Shown: piece after piece, positions 1-11,958 of the stretch
How positions within the stretch are numbered: the stretch's first letter is position 1
Layout of the letters: every line of letters begins with the position of its first letter
Source: Camelus ferus
Lineage: Eukaryota
Assembly (NCBI RefSeq): GCF_009834535.1
Contig: NC_045697.1
Span: 117,244,001-117,308,000, forward strand
Reading direction: 5' to 3'
Length of the DNA: 64,000 nucleotides
Notes under the pieces: generated by a model
The model's input: the letters and a program-made list of their open reading frames with translations, nothing else
Databases searched by the model: none
What the model was told of the DNA's origin: nothing
Translations under genes and position numbers: made by a program

Positions 1-59
1 TAAAATAAATCACTACTTTTTAACACCCTCATTTCCAGCTTACCCTTTACAACGGTTTC

Positions 60-480
60 TAACGACGCTGCCATGATTTTTTTAATAGCCCCTTGCTCAG
101 AACATTTTAATGGTTTCCTAATCTCTATCAAAGAAATACAAACTCGGTCTTCAAAGCCAAAGAGCTGCTCTCTGTTCTTTCTTATATATCTGATGTGTAT
201 TTGTTTAGGATGCTTGATGCTTTCACAAAACACTAGTCTTACAAACTGTTACGCATCTGAGATATCTCTTCCCCCTAAGCCTCCTCTAAACTTTACCAGG
301 CAGAAACTCACCCATTTCCCAAGAGACTTCTCAAAGGTGATTTAGAAATTTCTGCTGCTCCCAACTAGATATATATTCTTCTGAACTTAATTACATATAA
401 AATTTGGCTTATGAGTATTGTGATCTTTGTGTAGAGGTTTCTAGGTTTGTTCTTCTGTCCAAGAACACCATACAAGAGAA
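60..480 (+). mobile_element. Old L2 LINE fragment
   Basis: L2-like text (CCCTTGCTCAGAACATTTTAATGGTTTCC...). Highly diverged, boundaries approximate. Confidence 0.45.
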
Positions 481-978
481 GCTATTTTCCTTTGTCCTGA
501 GAAAATATTCTGATGCTCTAACAAAAATGTAAAATCTGAAAAATGTTAGATATAAAATAACTTCACTAATCAAATATTTTTAAGACTGTCAAAGGTAAAA
601 ATTGGTGGAGAAAATATACGCCAGTCCTTGCCAGGATACCAGGACACCCTCTACAATATATTAGGACTCATGTATCTCATTCATAAATATCTTAATTGGT
701 AATCAAGAAAGATCACATTTAAGATGCAGCAGAGAACTAGTCTTAAGTAAAGCTCATTCTTATCTCAATGCACTGCCTCACACAGTGTTTTATGTAAAAC
801 ACTAGTACTTATAATTCAAATTATAAAATCTTTTGAATTCTATGACGTCATTTTATTCTGAAAACAGCTCTATAAATTAGCCATGATAATATATGAGTAT
901 AGTATCATATTGTATGAAGTATTATTATATCTAATATACATAATACCTAGGCAAAATATCTGAGGTCTAGAATATTCA

Positions 979-1409
979 TTTTATTTTATTTTAACTGAAG
1001 TGTAGTTGATGTGCAACGTTGTGTTAATTTCAGTTGTACAGTAACGTGAATCGTTTATACATATATATTCTTCCTCATATTATTTTTCGTTAAGGGTTAC
1101 TACAAGGTGTTGAATATGGTTCACTGCATGACAGTAAGGCCTTGTAGTTTACCTGTTTTATATACAGTGGTGTGTATCTGCTAATCCCAAACTCCTAATT
1201 TATCCCTCCCCTCCTTTCCCCTTTGGTAACCATAAGTTTGTTTTCTACGTCTGTGAGTCTTTTCCTGTTTTGTAGGTAAGTTCATTTGTATCATTTTTTT
1301 TTTCCTGTTCCACACGTACCTGATATCATATGATACCTATCTTTCTCTGTCTGACCGACTTCACTTAGTGTGATCACCTCTAGGTTCATCCATGTTGCTG
1401 CGAATGGGA
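979..1409 (-). mobile_element. 5'-truncated L1 3' end (cetartiodactyl type)
   Basis: T-rich tail followed by antisense L1 3'UTR and ORF2 end (ATCCATGTTGCTGCGAATGG). TSD TCTAGAATATTCA (966-978) / TCTGGAATATTTA (1410-1422). Confidence 0.92.
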
Positions 1410-2539
1410 TCTGGAATATTTAAATGACTTGTTTAAGACCAAACATTGTAGGGAATTAAGCCGAGTCCTTCTCATTCATATTCAATCCACAAGATAGTCT
1501 TATAAATTGGTTGACTGATTGAATAGAATACCCATTGGATAAAGCATTGTAAAATGTGAAGGTTTTTAAATTTTTCCTTGATGCTTTTACTATGGCAATG
1601 AGAAAGGTTCAGGTGGCCCATTTCCTGGGAAGACACCCTTTGCTACCATACAGGATATGGTCATTGCAATCCAAACACATGGGCTGAAGCTTTATCAACA
1701 GTGAAAATCTGCTCTTCATTTGTAAAATGAAATATTTGAGTCAAGTGGATTCAAACATACAGGCTTTTAAGAGTGGGGAAAAATCTATTTCTTTGCCAAG
1801 GAACTAATAAAGCTAAGCTCATTAAAATTTCAGTAATGGAATCAAACTCTAGTTGTCCCGTATAATCAAACCCATAAACCAAGTGAAGTGATATTATGAA
1901 AATAATAATTGAATAAACTATGTAATGAATAAGAGATCTGTTCTTGAGGTTTTCCTACAGGTTTACAACAACACTTTAATTGAACATTTTCGCTTTTGTA
2001 GTTTACCATCGTCAGTCTGCGAGGTGGCTGTTTTATTCTGCTTTGCTTCTGGCTGAATGTGAAAAGGAAAGGAAGTTTGTGGGGGAGAGAGCTTTTATTT
2101 CTATAGAGATGTTGGCAAAAATAGAAAGTGGGGGACAGAAAATTACTAGGTAGGTACTGTACATCCTGTTTGTGAAAAAGTTCTCTTTTTCAGATGAATG
2201 TCAATAGGAATTCTTTTCATTCCCCTTAATTTTCTAGCACACAGTCTCAATATATTCTGACATTTACTTTAACAAAAGAAATGTTAAAGGGATCAGAGTT
2301 TTATATAAAATCCTTCTATGTACAAATTCCTCTAAATATTGTGTTTCTTTGTTTTGCTTAAAGTACACTTCTTCTTGTTGGCATCCATCTTTGCTCTACT
2401 TTGCATGATTTCTCTTGTTTGGGGCCACAAGAGTCATTGAAAAGAGATAGTCACTTGTCTGTTTTTCTAATACACATCATTCTTTTAGGTGACTAACTCC
2501 ATTTGATGCTGCATTCATTTCTTAATAAAATAACCTTTG

Positions 2540-4460
2540 AGAAAGGTATAAAATTAACATGCAAAAGTCCACAGCCTTCACATAATAACTGGTAAGAAGA
2601 TACAATAGAAGAGACAATCTTGTTTAAAAGGCAACAAAAACATAAAATGATTCATAACCATCTTAACAAGAGCTGTTCAAAACCACTTCCATTTACAGAA
2701 AGGAATTTTAAACTTACAGAAAAGTTGTAAAAAATAATGCACTTGTCTTTCCCCAAGCCTCTCCAGATGTTAATATACTGCCTGATGATGATACAATAAT
2801 CAGAACCAGGAAATTGACGTTGGTATAATATCATTAGCAGAAGACTTGAGTCAAATCTCACCAGATCTTTCACTGAGGTCCTTCTGTATTTCCAGGTCCT
2901 ACTCAGGTTGCCTTTAGTCTCTTCTTCCCCTTTGTCTCCTGCAGGCTGATACAGTTCCCAAGTCCTTCTTGTGTTTCACAGTCTTGATACTTTCAAAGAG
3001 TGTTGGTCATCTGTTTTGCCGAACATGCCTCATTTGAGGTTTGTCTCCTGTTTTCTCATGATTGGGGGAGACACATTTTTGACAAAAGTAGATAGCAATG
3101 GCATTGTGTCCTCAGTGGATCACATTTTCAGGTTCACTATATTGTCTTATTTTTGATGTGTTTTACCTCGATCACTTGGCTTTCCCCACTGCCAAGTTTC
3201 TGCCAGCACTAGAAAGCCTCTTTTTCCCTGTAAAGATTTATCTTTTCCCTTGAATTTAATGACTATCTTGGGGGAGATCCTTGTTCTCAAACGTTCTCTC
3301 ACTGGTTCTAGCACCTTATAAGTGGTGTTGAGCAACCCTACAAACATCTGAAAAGATACAAAAATTGAGAAAAAAATACCAAAAATCCTTAGAAAAATGG
3401 GCACAAAGCCTGAATGAACAATTCACATAAAAGTATTAACAATGTCCTAACTTCAAGCAAATTAAGAGAAACGAAAATTAAATCTTCTCTAATGTATCAT
3501 TTCTTTCCCATCATATTGACAAAAAAAGTTAAAATCTTAACAATACACTCTGTCGATGAGACTCTGGGGAAATGGGCACTTTCAGCCACTGCTGGTGAAA
3601 AATGCAAGGTGTTGCCATACCTGAGTCACAGTCACATCCCACAGCAGCAATAAGATAGACTGAGGCAACTATTTGCAGGAGTCCTTAGTAAGTATAAAAA
3701 TGAGGATAATGAAGTGCAAAAGACTTACAGTATGCTGCACTTTATGTGAAGAAAAAAGAGAAATAAAAACAAACTGAAATGCGTTTATCTGTGTTTAAGA
3801 AGCATTGGGAGGATAAATATCAAAACAATAAACATGATGACTTCCAGAGGATTCTGGGAACAGTAAAGTCAAGGTATGAGAGAGGAAGTGGTCCCACTTT
3901 GGGCTTACTTTGTTGTAGAAAAAATGCTAGGTATGTTTAATATTATAAAATTTTATACTTTACAGTTGTTCTTTAACATTTTGACAGTTGGAAGATTGTT
4001 TATATTCTACAGATGAAAAACACAATAAACCATGAAGGGTGTGAGGAAAATGACTAAGACAAACAAATAAAACATAGCATTTCATAAGCTACAGAAGCAT
4101 AAATAGCTAATGGAAGTAACTTTTAAAACAATATTTTCACTAAATACTCTGAGTCTAGGGAGAAAAATGAAACAGAAGGGCAAACAAAGCAGGGACTGTT
4201 TTTCATAGGTTGGTTTTACATAGCAATATGAAAGTAGCAGCTCTGAATCTATTTTATGTGTGTTGTGACATTAGGCAAATAAATAAATGGAGTGCTGTTT
4301 GGGGGAACCAGAGATTTCCCTAGATTAAAAAAATAAAGGAAATATGAAGAAAAAAAGTAACTAAAGAGCAAACATTTGGAATGAAATTGGGAGGGTCAGC
4401 ATGAACTCATGATTTCTAGTATGATAAACACATATTTCTAATTCTCCCTCTGTACAGAGA
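2540..4460. mobile_element. Cluster of old L1M (L1MC-like) fragments in mixed orientation
   Basis: Sense ORF2-like pieces at about 2540-2760 and 3330-3650, antisense L1MC-type 3'UTR at about 2770-3290, sense 3'UTR to about 4460. Confidence 0.65.
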
Positions 4461-4988
4461 AAAGCAGAGTGTTAAAGATAAAACAAATAAACAAACAAAG
4501 AGCCCCCAAACAACAAAGCTAAGAGTGAAAACAGCAATCTGTTGTCTCTCTGCTGCTATTACCAGATCTTTGACTAAGTCACTAGCATTGCAGGGCCTTA
4601 TTTTTATCATCTGCAAAACCACAGGTCTCACATCTTTGAAAACATGTGGGCATTCCAGCACAGAAACATGTAAAGGTGATCTTTCTTAGAGATGTTAAGA
4701 CCATTACTATTATAAAATGAAGAGATCACGTTAAAAGGAGGCTGCATCTCTTCCAGAACTTCTACTGGAATGTGCAGGCTCTGGCCTCTGGCCCCTCTGC
4801 GAATATGCTGAGGTGTGGCCAGTCCTGAATCACCTCCCTCACCAGTGAAACCCACCATAACTGATAGCGTAGCTGTGTACTGAGCAAAACCTCACCATTC
4901 TCACTGTGGGATGGTTACGCAAACAGCCTTGGGGAAGTCCATGCCAGTTTTAAAATCACATGTTTTAATTACTTACCTGCTGTCTTCT

Positions 4989-5475
4989 TGTTATGGACTG
5001 AATGTCTGTGTCCTCTCAAAAGTCATATGTTGAACCCCTAACTCCCAGGGTGATGGTGTTAGAAGGTGGGCCTCTGGGAGATACTCAGACTTCAATGAGG
5101 TCATGAGCGTGAGGTCTTCATGATGGGATCAGTGCTCTTACAGGAAAAGATCAGAGAGTCTGCTCTCTGCCTGTGAGGGTGTTAACTGCAAGCCAAGTAG
5201 AGGACCCTCAGCACAATGCAACCATGCCAGCATCCTGATCTCAACTCCCCAGCCTCCAGAAGTGTGAGAAATTTCTCTTCTTAGAATATGAAAACAAATA
5301 TATGTATGCTCATGTATGACTGAAACATGATGCTGTACAGCAGAAATTGACACAACATTGTAAACTGACTAAACTTCAATAAAAGATATATATATATTTA
5401 TATACTAAAACATTTCTGTGGTTTAAGCCACCTAGTCTATGGTAATTTTTATAGCAGCCTGAGCTGACTGAAACA
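4989..5475 (+). mobile_element. MaLR solo LTR (MLT1A-like) interrupted by an L1 3' tip
   Basis: Starts TGTTATGGACTGAATGTCTGTGTCC and ends GTTTAAGCCACCTAGTCTATGGTAATTTT...GACTGAAACA, typical MLT1 termini. Confidence 0.9.
5283..5405 (+). mobile_element. L1 3' tip nested in the MLT1 LTR
   Basis: GCTGTACAGCAGAAATTGACACAACATTGTAAACTGACTAAACTTCAATAAAA with a TA-rich tail. Same family as the tips at 13940 and 33527. Confidence 0.88.
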
Positions 5476-5598
5476 CTTACTAAAGAATTCAAATAGCATC
5501 TTTTATCTGCATTTTCAATAAACTTGAAATAATGTCTTAAACATATTATTTGCACTTTATAAAATCCTATCTGGATGACTTTTTGGAAAGGATAAACC

Positions 5599-5640
5599 AT
5601 ATATATATATATATATATATATGGTTTTATATATATATAT
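5599..5640. repeat. (TA)n microsatellite, interrupted
   Basis: Two TA runs seen directly. Confidence 0.9.
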
Positions 5641-6361
5641 AAATAAAAACTGTGTGCAACTTTTCAACCAATAGTTTCTTTTTAAATAATCCCTTTTTAT
5701 ATCCTCAAAGGCACAACTGAGTATTGAATAAAACACCACATTGAATATTGAATTGAATATAACCTCTTCCATTATATTAAGTCAAAAATAGTGAAATCAC
5801 TTGACAAATTAATGTCACTCAAGAAATCTTACAATCTCTTAAGTCAAAAGATTTTGCATGTAAATGAAATTGGTTCTCTTTAAAATGATGATGTCTGTTG
5901 GAGCCCACACCTATAAAATATCGATATATTTCTTCCTCCACAAAAGGGACTGTGCTAATATTCCAGAAAGCGACCAAAGGCCACTGCTGCAGATCTCCTG
6001 CGGCTTTGGAAACACGAGTCCTCAGCCAGTGTTTTAGCAAAGTGTCTTCTCGGTGCTGCGTCAGATCAGCCACTTGGGAAATATTGTGATGACTGGGAGA
6101 GTCACCATATAACCTCAAGGGGAGAAGTGCAATTCCACTTTATTATCATAATTCTTCCAATATGGAAGTGTAAATGTTTTATCTTTTAATTTCTTTGTAC
6201 TGAAGATGCCAGCTATAGTTAAGATCGAGGATAGAGATTTTTAGTGGAAGTACAGAGAGGGGTGTGTATATGTGTGTGTCTGTGTGGTTGGTTCTTAGAC
6301 TAAATGCATTACATTGACAATAAATAATAATTTCAAACCATGTAGAATAATAACATTAATT

Positions 6362-7222
6362 GGCAGTGCTCTGGGCAGTTCCAGGGATGTGTGTCCTGCT
6401 TACACAGGTGTTTTGATGGAACAGACCCAGGGACCCCCTGATCCAGCCTCCCACTACCCTCCAGCCTTTTTTCCAGTTGAAACCTTCAGAACCAGCCACT
6501 CTGCCACCCTCGGTCTCCGGGACCAGCCAACACCATCCTTTTAGCCTAGCTTCTTTTTACGGATCAACCTTGAGCCCCCAGATTGGTCAGAATTACCCCA
6601 CCAGGTGGAGGCCGCCTTCACCTGCCCTGTCACCCTGCACCTGTGGGCCCCGTCCACCTACTGCTCTCTGGGCTCCTATTTCCCCCACGACCAGGTGGTT
6701 CTGGAGGGTGTGGGCCACTTTCCCCCGACTCGGCCAGGGAGAAGCGCGAGGGCCAAGAGCATCTCTTGAAGATGCAAAGCCAGCAGGCAGCCTCACCCTC
6801 TTGCAGGATGGGCAGAAGCCACCCCAAGAGGAGTGCTGTGAAACCCAGGATGCTGCAGAAGCACCAGGGTCCTGGGGAAAGAATCTGAACCTTTCGGGTC
6901 CGCCTGCCCTGGGCTCTGCCTGCAGACCCCTCCTCCGTGACGTCCTGGAGATGCACCTCCTGGAGGCGCAGGTGAGACTCATCCAGAAGACGGGCAGTGG
7001 ACCACCTGACCCTCTTGTGCGAGTGGGCAGGTCCCCGGGGGCTGGGCTGGTGTCCCTCCCGAAGGCTCAACCCCAAGCATGACTCAGGGGCTCTGGAAGC
7101 CAGCAGCCTTGGGGGGGCCCGCTGGTGTCAAGGCTTCTGCCTGAAGCTTTTCAACCACCTTGGAGCCCTCTCTCCAGCCTTGGACCAAATGGAAACAATA
7201 AAGATTTTTGCAGCAAAAATAA
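6362..7222 (+). pseudogene. FTL: Processed (intronless) pseudogene of ferritin light chain, full-length mRNA copy
   Basis: Recognisable FTL 5'UTR with IRE remnant. CDS-homologous span is about 6570-7086: TTG-AGC-CCC-CAG-ATT-GGT-CAG-AAT-TAC matches MSSQIRQNY with ATG changed to TTG. Further matches: EGVGHF, EKREG, LLKMQ, QDGQKPPQEECCETQDA (vs QDVQKPSQDEWGKTQDA), ALGSA, DVLEMHLLEAQVRLIQK (vs DFLETHFLDEEVKLIKK), RLNPKHD (vs RLTLKHD). Several frameshifts and no introns. FTL 3'UTR end GCCTTGGACCAAATGGAAA, AATAAA at 7197-7202, A-rich tail remnant 7215-7222. Confidence 0.97.
6394..6420 (+). promoter_or_regulatory. Degenerate iron-responsive element (IRE) of the FTL retrocopy, probably non-functional
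   Basis: TCCTGCTTACACAGGTGTTTTGATGGA vs canonical FTL IRE TCTTGCTTCAACAGTGTTTGGACGGA. The CAGUGN loop is disrupted (CAGGTGT). Confidence 0.85.
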
Positions 7223-7352
7223 TTAATTCTACATTTTCTTGATTATAATACTGCTGCTGGATAAACAAATGGAGTAAATAAACATTTATTTCATGATATC
7301 CATTTACAGTGAGCTAAGAATATTTGAATATGTGTGATTGTGTATTTCTTAT

Positions 7353-7870
7353 TGTTATCAAGTCCAAACTCATTCTTCTCGCCCCATGACAGGCCAATAA
7401 ACTGGGAGACAAGGTGTTGGGACAAGGAATAATGACTTTATTGGGAAAGCCAGCAGACCAAAAAGATGTCTGACTAATGTCCTGGAGAACCGTCTCCCCC
7501 AAGTCAGAATTCTGGCTCCTTTTATACTAAAGAGGGGAGGGGGTGTGGTTGGTTGTTGAAAACTTCTTGGTGACAGAATCCTTTGTTCTTGCAGCCGTCC
7601 ACATGGGTCAGAACATGGTGTCCCTGTAAACCTCTAACAAGACAAACGTTATTTTCTATTCTGCAAATTGTTATTTCTATGTGAATGGGAAAGTGTTACA
7701 CCCTTAAAGGTCAGAGCCTTGAGGACGGGCTCTCCTGTCTATGTCAGGCTCTAGGCACCGTTCTTTTACAAAAGGTGCAGAACCAGCATGACGGAGCCCA
7801 GGAAACAGCAGAGAGTTAGAGCCAAAGGAACAGACCTGATATCGAGCCAGGTTTGTCCTTTTCTATTAAA
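7353..7870 (-). mobile_element. Solo LTR, ERV1-like family A, copy 1
   Basis: Co-linear with 20139-20652, 29375-29886 and 55134-55652. Minus-strand TATAAAA at 7520-7526 and AATAAA at 7437-7442. Flanks TTAT/GTAT (4-bp TSD, 1 mismatch). Confidence 0.92.
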
Positions 7871-8956
7871 GTATGAGGTACTAATAAAGAGGAATGTCTC
7901 TTAAAAGTATTTGTATTTGGCCATACAGTGATTTAGAGAATTTCTCTGACGTCTAATACTCTGTTTCTTTTCTAATCTCAGGTTCAGAGAGACGTTCCCC
8001 ATTTCACGCAGTGCATATGGCCAGGGAAATGGTGTGGCCGTGAAGGAGGGGAGAGCCTTGTTTTCTGGAGAGTGAGGCTCTGAACTAGACCAATCAGAAG
8101 AAAAGTGGAAATATGAGGCTGAAATAGGGAATTTAGAGAAAAAAAGGCAGCAGGGCTACATGGATCGTTTTAAAGAGATTCTCTTTTACTGCGTTTACAG
8201 GAGAGTTAGAGCTGAAAATTAGGTCCAGAATCTTCCATTTCATGTCCTCTTTAAAAAGGAATGCCTAATCCAATGTCATAAAGACTGCTTCCAGTTTTTA
8301 TTTTCTCTAGAAGCCTTCGTGTTTTACATTTGGGTCTCTGATCTATATAAAATTAAGGTGGTAAGAGTTAGGGGTTCTGATTCATTTTTGTTCGTATGGG
8401 TTTCCTGGTTGACTAGTACCATTTCCGTAAGAGATCATCAAATCTCTACCGCACCGTAGCGAGTGCTTTATTTATGTTTATTGAACACGAGGAGAACAGG
8501 AAACACAGCAATGTCCTTTGGCTGTCAAAGCCACAGTTTCCGCCCCTGACTGATTTCTGGGGTACTATCTGTATTACCTCAAAAACATAAGTGGAATTGT
8601 TAAGCACATAACTAAATCAGCGAGGAGGCTCTAGATACAAGAAATTTTCCAAATGAAATGAAAAGTGTCTCTGACAACTTGTTTCTGCCACAGAATGGAA
8701 ACATGTCTTAGAATAGGGGGTGTGCTTGTGTATGTCCATGAAGATACTGGGAATAAGACTTTCAAGATAGCCTGGGGAGGTTGTCTTGAGGTTTAAGTGT
8801 TATTTCAGTAGTAAATGTTTTATAAAAGTAGAGAACATGGCCTTAGATAATGACAAAGTTATAGTAGGGGTAAGATATATCTTATGATGAATTGTCCACA
8901 GTGGATACAAAAACGTTAAAGTTCTTTCTTTGTTTTTTAATTTGCCTTCTCTGTTT

Positions 8957-9816
8957 CTTTTTTTATTGAAGTATAGTTGATTTTACAATGTTGTGTTTGT
9001 TTCAGGTGTACAGCATACTGATTCAGTTATATATATTATTTTCATATTCTTTTTCATTATAGGTTATTACAAGATACCGAATAAAGTTCCCTGTAGGGGA
9101 ACTATACAGTATGTCCTTATTGTTTATCTATTTTATATACAGTAGTGTGTATGTACAATCTCAAACTCCTAATTTATCACTTTCCCCTTTGGTGACCATA
9201 AGTTTGTTTTCTATGTCTGTCTGTTTTTGTTTTGCAAATAAATTCACTTGTATTATTTTTTAGATTCTGCATATAAGTGATATTATATGATATTTGTCTT
9301 TCTCCATCTGACTTACTTCACTTAGTATGATCATCTCTAGGCCCATCCAAGTTGCTGGAAGTGGCATTATTTCATTCTTTTTTATGGCTGAGTAGTATTC
9401 CTATATATATATATATATATCCCCCACATCTTCTTTATCCAGTCATCTGCCGATGGACATATAGGTTGCTTCCATGTCTTGGCTACTGTATATAGTGCTG
9501 CTATGAACATTGGGGTGCATGTGTTTTTTCAAATTAGAGTTCTTTCCAGATATATGTCCAGGAGTGGGATTGCTAGATCATACAGTAAGTCCATTTTTAG
9601 TTTTTTAAGGAATCTCCATACTGTTTTTCATAGTGGCTGCACCAAACTACATTCCCACTAGCAGTGTAGGAGGGTTCCCTTTTCTCCACACCCTCTCCAG
9701 CATTTATGGTTTGTGGACTTTCTAATGATGGCTGTTCTGAGCAGTGTGAAATGGTACCTCATTGTAGTTTTGATTTGCATTTCTCTTATAATTAGAGACA
9801 CTGAGCATCTTTTCAT
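8957..9816 (-). mobile_element. 5'-truncated L1 (3'UTR plus ORF2 C-terminus)
   Basis: Poly-T followed by ATTGAAGTATAGTTGATTTTACAATGTTG and a well-preserved antisense ORF2 end. Confidence 0.95.
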
Positions 9817-11492
9817 TAATATACTTTCAGTTGCAGCACAAACACACAGAAAAGTAAAATCTAGTTAATACATCATTTTGTAACATAGCAACATGTGGCA
9901 CAAACTAGACAGAGTCTTTAACACCAAACTTCATGGAGATTACAAAATATTTGTTAAAAATGCTTGCATGTATATTGAGCACCAACATTCACTGGACATA
10001 TTTGACTAACCAATAAAATTTTAATAATAGCAAGATTATCTTTAAAAAGCCCTGTCATTTCAATTATTTGTGTTCTCAAGCCAGCTTTATATTGATGGGA
10101 CTCTATACTCAGAGCGGCTCAGTAGAAGTACTCTGGCTTCCTCAGGGCTTGCTAATCTCCATCCCTGGCTCATTTCGTCCTTGTTTCTATAACTAGAGCA
10201 AAGTGTTTGGGGCATCTCTTAGTGCTTGCAGAATTTCATAGACTGCATTGAACTGACTTTTCAAAATTCACCGCAAAACCAAGTTTTACATCCATTGCTT
10301 TTTCCTATTTTTTATTTTCTATATTCTTCAGGGAATGTGGGACTCCTGCTTGATGTGTTAACCCCAAGAACCACACTGTCAATTTGTGTGTCATGATAGC
10401 ATCTTTCCCTCTAACTGAGGATCTGACTCTACACCCGGTGCCTGTGGCCGGATCGGCATTTTCTCTGCTGCAATGATCAGAGGTAACATAGCACTCTCTC
10501 TTGGAAAGAATCCCCTCTGATTGGATTCTAAACTGAATGTGCACTCCCTGGTGTACAGCTCGACAGTGCTTTTTGTGTAACACCTTATTTGTTATGATAC
10601 AGATATTTGACATTAATTCATGTTTATTGGGCTGCAGAAAGATGTTTGCATTTAGAAGATGCATGCTTGATTTTAACTTGTTTTTATATTTCCATATCTC
10701 CTATCTCAATAACTCTACTAACAGCAATAATGATTAAAGAATGTGTTCTTCATAACGTCTCCAACTGGATAACGTATTTCTGAGCTTTTATATTATTAAG
10801 CCAATGCTCAGGGACAGTGATGATTATGTAGTAAGCTCACTTCAATGCTCTAGTTTTTTTTTTTTTAAATTGTTGTATTTTCCAAAGAGCCCTAAGCACT
10901 AAAGTAGAAATGATCAGAGAGCCCCCGGTGTACTGAAGAAGCATAGTTCAGGGCATCAGAGTTGCACCTACCCCGTGGACTCGTAAACGACACACTCGGG
11001 TAACGATGTTAACGGGAAGGAAATGAGAGTGTCAGAGACAATATGACGGCAAATGGATGTCAGCTGCTGTCTAATACTAATGGGGACAATTAAAAAAGAA
11101 GAGATCAGTGCAGGGGAGAATAAACCTAAGTATTCCTAATAAAAATCCAATTAAAGGAGTGCTTACTAGAGATAAAATGCATTCAGTAGAAAGATAACTA
11201 CATTTCCTGTACGTTCTGAAAAAAAAAAAAAGGTGCTAATTGCTAATGCTTACAACTTGGGGCTGGTGGCTAGATGGACTCCCTGAATAAACACAGAGAG
11301 AAAAATTAAGTACTGCCTTATATTAAGGAAGGGACCCAAAGCATGTTTTACCTTTCAAAGTACTTGGAATCCTGGTTTGGTCTCCTGGTAACTTCAGACA
11401 ATATTGAGATTAACACAGAGCCAAGGGAAGAACAGAAAGTCATTCTCTGCACACCAGGACACTAAAAATTAGGACCACAAGAAAGGCACTTT

Positions 11493-11958
11493 TGTAACCA
11501 AGCAGGACCCTGGGGGGTCTTCCAGGGACATACCCCTCCCCATACCCTCTGCTGTGGCTCCTCTCTGAAGCACCCAGATCATAGCATCTCATGTCTATTT
11601 CCTGAGTGTTTCAGATGCTAAAATCCACCACCAAAGGGAAGAAATTAACTACTTGATGATGGAGAGCTCATGACCCCCAGACCTGGTGCCTGGGGATTGA
11701 GAGCGCTGACGCCCTGCTACTGCAACATCAACCAATCAGAGGACTGTGCACCAGCCGACCACACCCCCTCCAGCCCCACCCCTCACTTGCCTTTAAATAG
11801 GCTTTGCGGTAACATTTCCAGGAGCTTGAGGTTTCCTTGGGCATGAGCCTCCTGGTCCTCCTTCCTGGGCCCTGCAGTAAACCTTTCTCTGCTCCAAACT
11901 CCGCCGTTTCGGTTTGACCTTATGGTGTGTCGGGCACACGAACTTGCATTGGGTAACA
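11493..11958 (+). mobile_element. Solo LTR, ERV1-like family B
   Basis: TGTAACC...GGGTAACA termini, CCAAT box (ACCAATCAG), TATA-like TTTAAATA, poly(A)-like AGTAAA followed by CCTTTCTCTGCTCC. Flanks CTTT/TTTT. Confidence 0.85.

Noticed and set aside
842..851. Palindromic CRE ATGACGTCAT
   Set aside because: Isolated short motif in AT-rich sequence with no promoter context.
4628..4858. Minus-strand 76-aa ORF in unique sequence
   Set aside because: No recognised homology and no convincing splice signals.
10331..10560. Possible exon after a polypyrimidine-CAG acceptor
   Set aside because: All three frames hit stops within about 25 codons and there is no recognisable protein. A non-coding exon cannot be excluded.
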